Below are positions 26,801 through 40,081 of a stretch of DNA of 64,000 nt, piece after piece. Position 1 is the stretch's first letter. Each line of letters starts with the position of its first letter. Origin of the DNA: Octopus vulgaris (taxonomy: Eukaryota); contig OX597818.1 in the NCBI GenBank assembly GCA_951406725.2, forward strand, positions 85,870,001 through 85,934,000, written 5' to 3'. A program made the translations under genes and the position numbers. Under the pieces are notes generated by a model. It searched no databases, was not told the origin of the DNA, and worked only from the letters and a program-made list of their open reading frames with translations.

Positions 26801-26821
26801 TATTTGCGCAAGCGTGTGTGA

Positions 26822-27160
26822 TGGCGCACGCCTCAGTGGTTAGAGCATCAGGCTAACAATCAAAGAAATTAGTTCGATTCCCGGAACGGGCTATGTGTAG
26901 TGTTCTTGAGCAAGACACCTTATTTCACGTTGCTCCAGTTCACTCAGCTGTAGAAATGAGTTGCGACGTCACTGGTGCCAAGATGTATCGGCGTTTGCCT
27001 TTCCCTTGGATCACATCGGCAACGTGGAGAGGGAAGACTGGTATTCAAGGTTGTTTATGGTCTACCATAAACAAGCTTGAATGGACTTGTGGCTCGGAGG
27101 GTAAATTTCTAGGTCCAATCTCATGGTCATTCATGACCGAAGAGGGTCTTTACCCTACCC
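26822..27160 (+). mobile_element. tRNA-derived SINE (third family)
   Basis: A-box-like GCCTCAGTGGTTAGAG, B-box GTTCGATTCCC, core GTGTTCTTGAGCAAGACAC..TTTCACGTTGCTC. Relatives at 12115-12325, 28740-28975, 47064-47340 and 49045-49341. Confidence 0.8.
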
Positions 27161-27180
27161 ATTATATATATATATATTCA

Positions 27181-27379
27181 AAATGTGACCGCATGTGTAC
27201 CGTTGGCGATTTTTTTTCCTCCGTCTTCCCTTCTTCGGATCTTTCCTTTTTCTATGTTTCTGACGAAGAGCCCCGCTCGAAACGTTAAACCCTCCTTCTT
27301 TCCTGAGCGTCCAATAACACTATACTTGTTCCACGTCCTCGCGTTGTTGTGTTTTCTCTTTGTGTTTTCATGTTTGGAT

Positions 27380-27383
<4 letters not shown>
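27181..27383 (+). mobile_element. Small Penelope-like element in (TA)n carrying a hammerhead
   Basis: Flanked by (TA)n on both sides. Second copy at 5457-5662; related element at 47770-47930. Confidence 0.75.
27256..27290 (+). ncRNA. Minimal type-I hammerhead ribozyme motif
   Basis: GTTT-CTGACGA-A-GAGC(CCC)GCTC-GAAAC-GT-T-AAAC: stem I GUUU/AAAC, palindromic stem III ACGU, cleavage triplet GUU. Confidence 0.75.
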
Positions 27384-27434
<51 letters not shown>

Positions 27435-27826
27435 GACGCCATTAGAATCTCTGAACTTTAAGAGAACGTAGAATAATTCGTTTTTGGAACGGTGGATTAC
27501 AATGCCCATAAAGCTATAAATAATAGCGTGTAACTATTGGGTTAAAAACCCCTTCATGTAGAAAAAATAAAAACCTATGTTTACAGGAGATATGGGTCGC
27601 GTCCTACGAGGATCCTTCGACTTTATCATATACATATTTGAGTTTGCGCACTGAGTACGAACTGACGAATTCTTCTCAAGCAACTCGAACATTAAAAAAG
27701 GTAATTTTTAGCCTCTTCTACGAATTTGTCGGTTAGTAGTTGGCAACACGGTTTTTTGTTTTATTTTATTCCGTTTTATTCTTTCCTCGCATAGCCATAT
27801 GGTTTAACCAGAAACCCACCATTTGG

Positions 27827-27864
<38 letters not shown>

Positions 27865-28295
27865 TATATATTTTTGTGTATATACACATACAATACGGAT
27901 TAACACCAGCTTCCCTTTCTACTGAGAACAAACAAAACATAATACATAAATACTTGTTTCTAACCACATTCGTTCAATTTCCTCTTACCGTTTATCTTTG
28001 TGTGTGTGGAGAGAGAGAGAGAGAGAGAGAGAGATACATACCTGCGCGCGCAAGTATAAATCTACTCTTCGGGGATATTGCTTGCAGAAAACGGACATTA
28101 AAAATAGCTTTTAATTTGTTGAAATCATTAGTAGTTTCTCTATTTAAGTTGTTTTGATTGGCGACATTAGTAAACATTATCAAGAACGTCCCAGTGTACC
28201 TGCTGTTGGCAGTTCTCCAGTTTCTAGTGTGGTACTAACACATGTTTCAACTCAACTGATTCGGTTATTAATTATTTTCTCATGCACGGACTCAC

Positions 28296-28390
28296 ACCGT
28301 CGAGTAGGCGATAAATCCCGGAGATCCGAATCGGCGATCCGGTTTCAATTCTCACTTGGAAGTCTTTTTTAACTTCACATAAGCAACAAA
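28296..28390 (-). CDS. Candidate host-gene exon (95 bp), product unknown
   Basis: Acceptor TTTCCTTTCTCAG, consensus donor GTGAGT, non-repetitive sequence. Open frame CCLCEVKKDFQVRIETGSPIRISGIYRLLDG. Coding status uncertain. Confidence 0.35.
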
Positions 28391-29401
28391 CTGAGAAAGG
28401 AAATCGATATTCTATCTTCTTTCTTTTTCTTCTTTCAATCATAGTAACAACTAAATTATTTAATTTACTGTTGTTGCTGTTTAAATACATAATATACATT
28501 AAGTGAAGCTAAGATACAATAATTTAATCTATATACATTATAAGTTATTTATCTATTTATTTAATAAACATTTAAGTTAAATCTTATTTCAATTAAGTAA
28601 TATATACTAAAATATTCATGCTAACTTATATACATAATACTACTACAAACTATGACTACAAGAATTAAAAATATAAAAATGGCTCTTCAAATCACTTTTC
28701 GCTACAACCATTATATATATATATATATATATATATATGGACTCTCCTGTCGAAGACGACCTGCACAAATGATTTGTTTATAGTGATCGAATGTTCGTTC
28801 CGCGCATTAGCTCACTCCATCAAATCGACGTTGTTTGAACAAGTGCATAAGTGATCGCAGAATAACGTGAAATGAAGTGTTTTTCTCAAGAATACAACGC
28901 ACCACCCGATCTAGGAATTGAAATCACGATCGCTTGATTGTGTGTGCAACACCTTAACCACTAAGCTATGTGCCATCCCCCACCCACATATATTTGTACG
29001 GGTTCAAATCTGGGTATTCTCATCATTCGAACTTGACCTTGAAAATTTGCAAGTACTGACTTCGATACAATGCACAAATGTCCCTAAATATTATAGTAAA
29101 TAGAATTGGATGTTGCGGCATTTATGCTGTCCCCAATTACAAGAAACACATTAAGGAATGAAACGATTGATGCTAGACGATAACCCTTGGTTCATTTAGA
29201 TATCGCGTCCAGTTTTAGGTCAACCACGGCAGACATTTTATAAACCTCAATACCAGATTCTTTAAAACCCAGACAACATCTCTGTTAGACAGGCCAGATT
29301 AACTCACAGTAAGACGCCTTATAAGCATGCATAATCCTTTTGATAGTAAACTGCTTGTGAACGCCCCTGGTTCAATGATATAAATTTTCTGTAAAGTTAT
29401 T

Positions 29402-29945
29402 TAAAACCCTTTGATCATATTGCTTTATGACCCAAATACCAGCTTAATAATGACAGAGTAATTTTATTAAATTTTTCATTATTTTCAAAATTAATTGTTA
29501 ATCAACAGAAATATAGTTACAAAAGAGTTAAAGTGATCCGAAATCCTTCCATCAAGTTTTCATGTTAATTTTTGTTCCAAACTCAAGCTTGATAACGGCA
29601 AAAGTTGTTTTACTACATTCTTCATTATTTTGTTAATGTGATTTAAATTAAAACCTTCCATCAAATTTTCATCTTATGTTCCAAACAACCAGCTTAATAA
29701 TGATAAAGTTATTGTACTAAATTCTTTATTATCTTCAAAATTAATTGAAAGAACGGCAGCGTATTTCAATGGGAATTTGGTAGCAAAAAGGGATAAAGGA
29801 ATCTAAATTTAGTCTTTCCATCAAAATTTCATCTCCTGTTTCGAATACCACCATAATGAAGATAAAGTTATATTCCTAAATTCTCCCTTATTTCAAAATT
29901 AATTAAAATAAAGCAGAGTAGAAATATGGTAACTAAAAGGTTGAT
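29402..29945. repeat. Degenerate tandem array of ~100-160 bp units with piggyBac-like ends
   Basis: About four repeats of CCTTCCATCAAA..TTCAT..CCAAA.ACCAGCTTAATAATGA.AAAGTTATT. Bounded by AACCCTTT and AAAAGGGTT-like motifs. Confidence 0.6.
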
Positions 29946-30029
29946 TCCTTTATTATATATCCAGCCAGTCAATCATCTTCTCCGCCCACAATTTTTAAGA
30001 AAATCATAAGGGGTGAGTCTTTAGGTGCC

Positions 30030-30390
30030 TCCTCCATAGGGTCCTGTCAGAAGCAATCGCCATTAGACTTTCTGCTGGTTTCTCGAGTGTGACTGAGATT
30101 ATGATTATTATCCAACCATTTCGTTCTCGGTCTACCCTTAGATCTCCTGCCTCTTGGCTCGGACTGAAGAATCCCTCTTGCAATTCTTTCCTGAGTCATT
30201 CTAATCTCATGCTCGTAGTGCCGGAGCTGTCAATGCGTAGAAGCACTCGACTTGGAGAAATGCCCTGATCTCCGAGCAGCGCACCTTGTTGAAGAGTGTT
30301 ATTCCAGAGATCCTTCAGTGGAACCCCATTTTGTCCGCTTGCTATTGGAGCCGTATTCTTTTGGACAGTACCCAACATTTATGACCATAG
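30030..30390 (-). mobile_element. Decayed RTE-type LINE 3' fragment
   Basis: Homologous to 565-1080 (ATTATCCAACCAT...GTTCTCGGTCTAC). Confidence 0.55.
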
Positions 30391-30683
30391 ATTGATATGT
30401 CACGGAAACTGAGTTAAAGATTTCATAAACCATGGCTTCATATTTTGATACAAGGTCAACGATTCCAGTTTTGCCAGCTCAACGCTTTTATTTCTTATAT
30501 AATAAAAATGTGAAATACTCTTGGGATAGGATAGTCCCAAGTATTTGTTCATTAGAATACTATTGGGACATTTTTGTCCCGTGTTCAAAAATCATATGTA
30601 GCAATAAAAAAAGTTTAGGTTTTAATTATGGTAGATATAATGAAAGTCTAAAGAAGCGGAAAATGTGAAAAAATAAAATAAAA

Positions 30684-31121
30684 ATTAATAAATCTCTGAA
30701 CGAGATATAAACAGTAACCGCTCGACAACGTAAGGTGTACTAGCCATCTGAATGTGGCTAGCCACTGGGGGTGGGGTGTTACTGATGCTTTTAGCCCCAG
30801 GCGATCAACGTCACCAGATGGACTTTAGACACAACATTTCAGTGCCCTTGTGTTATTTGCAAAGGAGGTCATCCTCCCTCGAAAACCTAAGTGCTACATA
30901 CGGACTATAGTTTCAAGGTAATTGCCTCTCGTCAACGCATGGTAAACACCGGTTTTCGATGAAGGAGACCCTCTGCAAATAATATTTAACGTTTTTCACA
31001 GCAACCACAGTCACTGATTTAGAAAAACTGTCTGAAAGCATTAATAAATCTCTGAACGAGATATAAACAGTAACCGCTCGACAACGTAAGGTGTACTAGC
31101 CATCTGAATGTGGCTAGCCAC
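30684..31121. repeat. Identical 82-bp direct repeats flanking a 274-bp insert
   Basis: 30684-30765 equals 31040-31121. Confidence 0.9.
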
Positions 31122-32884
31122 AATAAAAATTGATTGTGCAAAAGTCGGAGCAAAAGGGTTAAATGTCACAAATGATATTCGAACATAAAGAAGGCACGTT
31201 AACTCTTTAGAAATATAAACATTTGCGATATAAGAATTAAAAAAAAAAAGCAACTCGAAGGATTTTAACATAATAAAACGTAAACGTACACCTACCACAC
31301 TGGCTGTTTCGTTCGCTAAGCTACGCACCATGGACATCAATAAAGTCTGTAATGTTGTAGCTGAAGGATATTTTTATGTGAATAACAGGACCATGTACAA
31401 AATAAATGGAACAATGTGAAGAGACAAGACAATGTCACAGCTAAAACATACGTTATGTCAGAAAACAGCTCTCCCGAAATTACTTCATCAAACCAACTAC
31501 AATGACTTCTTTCCGTATTTCTCTTCCTATTCAATACACCAAGCATCCGCTGCCACCACCACCCGTGTGTCCCGCGACCTGCTAGAGATAGCAGTCGAAT
31601 TTGTCATTAATCATATTCTCTAGTTTTACTTGTACCAGTCATTGGACTTCGGCCATGCTGGGGCACCACATTGGAAAGTTTTTGTCGAACAAATTAATCC
31701 CAGTACTTACGTTATTTTAAAAATATTGCACTAATCCTATTGGCGTCATTTTGCCAAATTGCTAAGATACGAGGACATAAATAAACTAACACCGGTTGTC
31801 AAAGGGGGAAGATAATTGTGATAAACATTGAAGCAAAGGTACACACACACACATGTATATATACGACTGGCCATCAAATTCATTCATAAATCACGGGTTA
31901 GCCTGGAGCTAGAGTAGAAAACACTTGTACAGTGGGATTGAACCCGAAACTAAGCGGTTGTAAAGCGGGGTTCTTAACTACGCAGCCATACCAGTGCCTG
32001 TTCTACAATGCGTCCAGTTTCTCTACAAGAGGGAGACTGGACGCATTGGTCTTACATATACCAATGTCAGGAAAAAAAATGAAATATTTGATCAAGTTAG
32101 GTTCAACTGTGGCTAAATAATAACAACAACAAGCACGGTTGTATGCTAAGAAGCTAGCTTCCCAACCACGCGGTGTCGGGTTCAGTCCCACTATGTGGCA
32201 CCTTGGGAAAATGTTTTTTACCCTAGCGATAGGCAGACCAAAATCTTGTGAGTGGATTTAGTACATGGAAACTGAAAGAAGCCCGTCATACACACACACA
32301 CACAATTATATAGGCGTGGCTGCGTGGCAAGAAGCTTGTTTCCCAATAACATGGTTCTAGGTTCAGTCCCACTGCGTAGCACTTTGGGCAAGTGTCTTCC
32401 ACTGTAACTTGGGGATGACCAAAGCCTTGTGAATGGATTTGGTTAACGGAAACTGAAAGAAGCCCGTATATATGTGTGTGTGTGCGTGCGTGTGCGTTTG
32501 CCTCACCACCGCTTGACAACTGGCGTTTGTTTATGTCCCAGTAACATAGCGGTTCGGCAATAGAAAAAACAACTACTTCAGTTGATTCGTTCGACTAAAA
32601 ATTCTTCAAGTCAGTGCCTCAGCATGGCCGCAGTCTAATGATTGAAAGAAGTAAAAAGTAAAAGAAAAGATAATATATATATATATCGTAAGGCAGTGAG
32701 CTGGCAGAAACGTTAGCACGCCGGGCAAAATGCTTAGCAGTATTTCGTTTGCCGTTACGTTCTGAGTTCAAATTCCGCCGAGGTCGACTTTACCTTACAT
32801 CCTTTCGGGGTCGATTAAATAAGTACCAGTTACGTACTGGGGTCGATGTAATCGACTTAATCCGTTTGTCTGTCCTTGTTTGTC

Positions 32885-32927
<43 letters not shown>

Positions 32928-32929
32928 CG

Positions 32930-33418
32930 TGAAAAATAAGTAAATATAAGTATAGATATAGACTACATCTTACAGCTGTTTCGGCCATGCAGATAAGTAT
33001 GTCTCGTAGTTATAAATGAGCTCATATATTTACTTATATTTACTTATTTTTATATTATCTTATGCATATTGTACTTACTGTATAACATTACTCCTTTATG
33101 TACACTCCTTTATGTACACTATTTTGTTCTACTTTATTATGTTTGTCCTTACAGTTTCTTATGTGGTAGTTTAATAAAGTATGTGATTGGGTATTATCTG
33201 GTAATCGATATTTGATTTAGATGTATTTCTCCATTTTCTTATTTTGTATTATGAATTTGTGGTAAAACATTTTACATTTGCCCATATAATACAGTAAGTG
33301 AATTAATTGCATCGCAATTATTAACATTTATGTATTAACTTTGTTGGGTACTTAACTAGCAGTAGATTGGATATATGTTATCCCATGGAGGGTTGCATTT
33401 ACAACCCCTATCTCAATT

Positions 33419-33420
<2 letters not shown>
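32930..33420. mobile_element. AT-rich Penelope-like fragment in (TA)n with partial hammerhead
   Basis: Minus strand GGCCGAAACAGCTGTAAGATG (GAAA plus palindromic stem III), a short inverted segment, and (TA)n on both sides. Confidence 0.5.
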
Positions 33421-33466
<46 letters not shown>

Positions 33467-33788
33467 CATGTTGTATATTTGTTTCTTTGTGTTTGTGCAA
33501 TGTTTGTCGTCCCTTTGACAACTGTTGTTGGTTTGTTTGCGTCTCCGTAACTTAGCGGGAGTTCAAATTCGGAGAATTTATATTCCGTTGTCTCTAGTCG
33601 ATCGTGAACATTGTAGAAAACAACCAGTAATATCCTGATGTCAATCAGCTCTATTCCACTATGGCTTTGTTCCTAATGAAGCCAAATATATATATATATA
33701 CACATACATACATACATACATACATACATACATACATACATACATACATACATACATACATACATACATACATGCATGCATGCATGCA

Positions 33789-33819
<31 letters not shown>

Positions 33820-35920
33820 GTGTGTGTATGTGAGTGTTTGTGTGTGTGTTTGTGTGTGTTTGCATGTATTCACTTATATATCTATGAGTGTGTCTTTGTA
33901 TCTATGTTTGTACTCGCCACCACCCGTTCCACCTGCGCGTCCTCTCCGCATATTCCAATGACTGAGCGGTTTGACAAAAGAAACTAATAGAACAGCTAAC
34001 AGATCAAAAAAGAAACAAACAAAACCAGAAGTCCTGGTGTCGATTTGTTCGACTAAAACCCTTCAAGGCGGTGCCCCAGCATGGGCGAAATCCAATGAGT
34101 GAAACAAGGGAAGCCTAGTTGTTAAGTCCATCAATAGTTACCCCACCTTTACTTGCCACACACAAACACACAGATATACACATGCATACACAAACACACA
34201 AACACACACACACATACACACACATACACATATAGAAACGCATGCACATACACGCAATATACATATATATGCGTACACAAAGACACGCTTATAACAACGC
34301 ACATATACTTATACATACACACACATAACGCAGCACATGCATGCATTTACATACACGTACACACGTACACATAACACTGCACAAACACAAACATAATGCA
34401 GCACACATATACATATGCTCAACCAAACACACACACCATGTCAAACTACATCTCACACACATTTACATATTAGCACACTATCATAAACTCATAATCATAC
34501 ACATATATACACGCACACTACTCGCAAATAGACACACATTAATGAACACCCAAACACGCACGCACGCACACGCACACACACGTGCGTGCGCATTCTGATA
34601 TACAATCTCTCTGACACAATCTTTTTATATCTCTCTCTCTTTTCTTCTCTCTCTCTGTCTCCCTCTATTCTCTCTTTCTCGCACACTCTCTGACACACCG
34701 TCTCTCTTATACACACAATCTCTCCCTTCCCCTCCCTCTTTTTCTTTCTCTCTCTCTCTCTTTCATACACACACACATATACACATACACACATATACAC
34801 ACACATATACGTACATACATATATATACACACATATACACACACTCTCTCTTTCTCAACTCTCCATACATTTTCTGTCACAATTTCGCTCACTTTTCGTC
34901 TCTCTCTCTCCCTCTCTTTTTTTTCTCTCCCTCCCACTCACTCTTTCTCTCTCCCACTCACTCTTTCTCTCTCTCTCTCTCTCTTTCTTTCTCTCTCTCT
35001 ATCTTTCTCTCTCTCTCCCTTTCTCTCTCTCACACACACACTGTCATTCTTCCTCTCCCTCTCTGCTTCACACAATTTCTGTTTCTTTCCACCTGCCCCT
35101 TCCCTCTCTTCTCTTTCTCTCTCACTCACACACATTCTCTCCACCTCTCCCATGAGACACACTCCCATGAGACGTCAAAGCGCCCCCTGTCATTAGTTGT
35201 CGGTATTTTTCTTGCCAAGTAGCCATTACATTTGTTTGACAGGAAACGAAAAGATAATAATTTGGGCTCGAAATTATCGGAAGACGTGTAGAACGAAACA
35301 ACTTAACAACTTCGAAATCCCACATTTCTTCATCTCCAGGAAACGGACCATTTTCCATTAGTTAGGGAGCCTGTTTGCTGCATTCGAAGTAATCTGGATT
35401 CTGTTAAACTGTTCTAGATTAAAAGATACAATATCTGATTCAAGAGTTCGGTTCCTGCTGCGAAACATTCGATTGTTTCCATGGACAAACAAAACGAATA
35501 ATTTCTATTGGCATTGGTTTATCATGCAAAGAATTCGGCACCAATGTGTCTGAGAAAGACAAGAGCTACATCAAACCAGCGGTTAATATTTCAGTAGCCA
35601 GAACCAAATACACATTTCTCATGCTATTTATGATTTCTAAAGTTGCCTTTTATCCTCAACGCAAAATGATAAGAAGTCTATTTATTTTAGGTACTAGGTC
35701 TGAAATTTTATGAGGAGAGGCAAGTCAATTACATCGAACCCAGTGCATAACTGGTACTTATTTTATCGAACCCGAATTTGAACTCAGAATGTAAAGACGG
35801 ACGAAATATCGCCATACCTTTTGCGAGAGATTCTTGCAGCTCATCACCTTATCAGCAACAGCAGCAGCAATGATAATAATAATAATAATAATTCTAGTAA
35901 ACAACAACTATAATAATCCT

Positions 35921-36462
35921 AGTTAATTTATCGACTCTAAAAGGATGAAAGACAAAGTCGACCTCGGCGGAATTTGAACTCAGAATGTACCGACAGACGA
36001 AATACCTATTTCTTTACTACCCACAAGGGGCTAAACACAGAGAGGACAAACAAGGACAGACAAACGGATTAAGTTGATTACATCGACCCCAGTGCGTAAT
36101 TGGTACTTAACTTATCGACCCTGAAAGGATGAAAAACAAAGTCGGCCTCGGCGGAATTTGAACTCAGAACGTAACGGCAGACGAAATACGACTACGTATT
36201 TCGCCCGGCGCGCTAACGTATCTGCCAGCTCGCCGCCTTTAATAATAATCCTTTCTACTATAGGCATAAAGCCTGAAATTTTGGAGTGAAGAGGATAGTC
36301 GATTGCATCGACCCCAGTGCGAAACTGGTACTTATTTTATCGACCCTGAAAGGATGAAAGGCAAAGTCGGCCTCGGCAGAATTTGAACTCAGAAAGTAGC
36401 GACAGGCGAATCTCCGCTAAGCATTTCGTCTAGCTCACTAATGATTCTGCCAGCTCGCCGCC
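35921..36462 (-). mobile_element. SINE-B cluster including a self-nested unit
   Basis: On the minus strand the tail ...AAAGAAATA is followed directly by GGTATTTCGTCTGTC (35992-36006) and a second body. A copy with the alternative (ATT)n tail lies at 36240-36462. Confidence 0.85.
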
Positions 36463-36464
36463 AG

Positions 36465-37080
36465 GGTCAAACTTAGGAATGAGCAAGTGTCTCCGCTGTG
36501 CCGCATCTGCAACAGAGTGGATGAAACCATTGCCCATATCACGATCGAATGCCCTAGACTTGTCCGAAATAACTACAAGGTGTGGCAACAGGACCAGGTA
36601 ACAAAGGTGCTACATTGGAAATTGTGCGAAACGTGGTGGATGGAGAGAGGCAAGACGTGGTATGAGCACAAACCGCAGAGATTGGCGGAGTCGGAGAGTA
36701 GCAAAATCCTCTGGGATTTCCCAATCCAAACAGATCAGGTGCTAGAGCATAACAGACCGGACCTAGTGGTGGTGGACAAGGTGCACCACATATGCTATAC
36801 AGTTGATATTGCATGCCCCTTTGACCCAAGAATAGTCCAGAAGGAAGGCGAAAAGATAGATAGATACAACCCTCTTAAGTAAGAAATAGGCCGGCTATGG
36901 AAAATGAAGAAGATGAACATAGTGCCAATTATTGTTGTCTTTGGGAACAGTATCAGAAGGCATCAAGAAGAATATAAAGGAAATTGGAATAGAGTGCTCA
37001 GTAGAACTGTTACAAAAGGCTTGCCTCCTTGACATGGCCAGAATCATCAAGAAAGTATTAGATAACTGAAAAGAGCGAAT
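36465..37080 (+). mobile_element. R4/Dong-like (restriction-like endonuclease) LINE 3' fragment
   Basis: CRICNRVDETIAHITIEC (CCHC), HNRPDLVVVDK, DIACPFD, KEGEKIDRY (PD..D..K endonuclease), followed by (AAT)n. Confidence 0.85.
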
Positions 37081-37420
37081 AATAATAATAATTATAATAA
37101 TAATAATTATAATAATAATTAGAAGAAGAAGAAAAAGAAGAAGAAGAAGAAGAAGAAGAAGAAGAAGAAGAAGAAGAAGAAGAAGAAGAAGAAGAAGAAG
37201 AAGAAGAAGAAGAAGAAGAAGAATAGTTTCAAATGTTTCCACAACGGCAGCCATTTTGGGGGAGTAGATGCATCGATTACATTGACCCCAGTGTTCAACT
37301 GGAACTTAATTTGTCGACCTCGGCGTAATTTGAACTCCGAACGTAGCGACGGGCGATATACCGCTAAGCATTTAACCCGTCGTGCTAACAATTCTGCCAA
37401 CTTGAGCCTTAATAATAATG

Positions 37421-37460
<40 letters not shown>

Positions 37461-37469
37461 TAATAATAG

Positions 37470-38030
37470 ATGCCCTGATGCAGTACCAGACAGTGGCTCT
37501 CATGGCTTCTGATCTTAACTAATTGGAAGTGTTATCACGTACATTGTTTGGTCTTCGTATAACAGATGGGATACAGCAAATATTCTGCTCAATTACCATA
37601 GATTTGCTTGTCAGTTTTTTGACCATAACAAGTTGAGCATGTCCCTTAGTGGAAACGATATGTGCATCTCTGATCATGAGTAGCAGTAGTGGGGGAGCAT
37701 CATAGCCGTGTGTTGAAAGGAATTCTTAGAGGTTTGGATAATTCACCTTTGGAAACATAGGTGTTTCGTTCAACATCCTTAAACAACCCTTATTCAGGGA
37801 CCTTTTGAGCGGGATGGGCTACTCGATTAGAAGAAAATTCTAGCTGGGCCCCCACCTGCAAGGTCATGCGCTGTTTATCTTGATATGAGATCACCATGTC
37901 ACACACCACAGGGTTGTGATGCATGTGTCTAGTGTACCCTTATCAGACGGGTAGTCATGATAGGTATACTGGGCTTCGTATATTTTACCCCAGTGTCACT
38001 TTGATGGCATGCACTGCTTTCTCACTCAAT
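37470..38030 (-). mobile_element. ~560-bp SINE-like element embedded in (AAT)n
   Basis: Complex sequence bounded on both sides by (AAT)n. No ORF. Strand and class are inferred. Confidence 0.5.
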
Positions 38031-38061
38031 GATGATGATGATGATAATGATAATAATGATG

Positions 38062-38116
<55 letters not shown>

Positions 38117-38510
38117 TATCTAGAACGATTTTAAAATCGTTAGATATAATTACTTTAGCCTCTTAGTGTTATATAGATTTTCAAAATCTAGATAAACTTG
38201 CCGCATCTATTAATCCATTTTGTTGTTTGTACATCCGCTACAATAAAGCTAACATCAGCCGGCTATTTATTTCGTAGTCAATGTATGTTATTCGCTGCTT
38301 CATTTCAACAGCACCACCATTCCATCACCCCCATCGCCGTTAGAATATAATCTATAGAATTTCATCAAATATCTAGCAACACCGTAAGAATAATAATCTA
38401 TATTTGTTCTATTTGATATATACATACACGCCTACTCGTATATGTATATACGCAATGAAACTTTTTTTCGCACATATACAAATATATGTGTGTGTGTTTG
38501 TATATGTATG

Positions 38511-38590
<80 letters not shown>

Positions 38591-38806
38591 ATATATATAT
38601 ATATAATTCTGTACATACACATGTAATTATATTACGTCTTTTTTCCTTTGTTATTTTTGCGGTTTATCCGGCAATTGAATATACAAGATACAAAGATTTT
38701 GAACTAAGTGTGACTGTATACACTGCGGACATATATAAAAGAACCAAAAGCGAGTTTGTGGCCATTCATATATACGTTCTGTATTAGCAGCCAGGTTTAA
38801 TGCAAC

Positions 38807-38967
<161 letters not shown>

Positions 38968-39256
38968 TTTCTGAGTCATATTTTTGGCAAGTGATTTGAT
39001 CTGAGATCGTGTGTTGGAACTAAAGAGATTATATCGTGGTAAAAATCATTGTAGCCGTTGAATCACTCATACATAGTGTGTGTGTGTGTGCACGTGTGTG
39101 TGTGTGTGTGTGCGCACGTGTGTGTGTGTGTGTGTGTACATATATATAGTTGTGGCTATGTAGAAAGACGTTTGGAACCATATGGTTCCAGGTTCAACCT
39201 TGGGCATGTGTCTTCTATTAGAGCCCCGGGCCGACCAAAGCCTCGTGAGCAGATTT

Positions 39257-39327
<71 letters not shown>

Positions 39328-39566
39328 CTGTGACGTTCGCACGCGTGTGTCAGTATTTATCCCCCTAGACAACCGGTGTTTGTGTGTTTACGTTCACGTA
39401 TCTTAGCGGTGCAGCAAAAGTGACCGATAGAATAAGGACCAGGTCTTAAAGATAAATAATAAGTACTAGGGTCGATTAGTTCGACTAAATATTCCTCAAG
39501 GTGTTGCCCCAGCATAGGCCACAGTCAAATGACTCAAGTAAAAGATAAAACATATATACATGTACA

Positions 39567-40081
39567 TCTCTCTATATATAAACGGCAGTTTGTCTGTCTG
39601 AGTGTCTGTCAGGTTGTACCCTCACTCTGACCACGCCTTTCAACCGATTCTGATGAAACTTGACACACACACAGCCCAATGTCATAATTCAAAACTAACG
39701 CAGCGAAAATTTTGAAATGTTCCCCCAGTTCTGAAAAAAATTGATAAATTCGACATGGGGTCGAGATTCTAAGCTTTTTATTTGCAACACATTTTCTGTT
39801 GTAGTTTTCGCAACTTGCAATCGATTTTGACCAAACTCATGGTGAAGCTTAATGTTACCCTAAGAAACTTAATTCTGACGTTAGTTTTCCATGAAATACC
39901 TTACCATCAGAAAAAATCGATAAAATCATGCCATTTTGGGAAATCGCGTTCAAAATCAAGATGACATATTTTCGACAATATCTTTCACAAATTGGCAGGA
40001 ATTTTTTAAAAATTCACAGCGAACATCATGTCTGCTCCAGGGGCTCTTACATACCCGGGCAATGCCGGGCTATGCTGCTAG
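39567..40081 (+). mobile_element. Non-autonomous Helitron, deletion derivative of the 52081-56530 family
   Basis: A|TC start TCTCTCTATATATAAACGGCAG; end TACCCGGGCAATGCCGGGCTATGCTGCTAG|T. Matches the reverse complement of 56000-56525 and 52081-52123. Confidence 0.92.

Noticed and set aside
26822-26890. tRNA-like sequences (also 42094-42165 and 49270-49341)
   Set aside because: These are SINE heads continuing into shared bodies, with no convincing complete cloverleaf.
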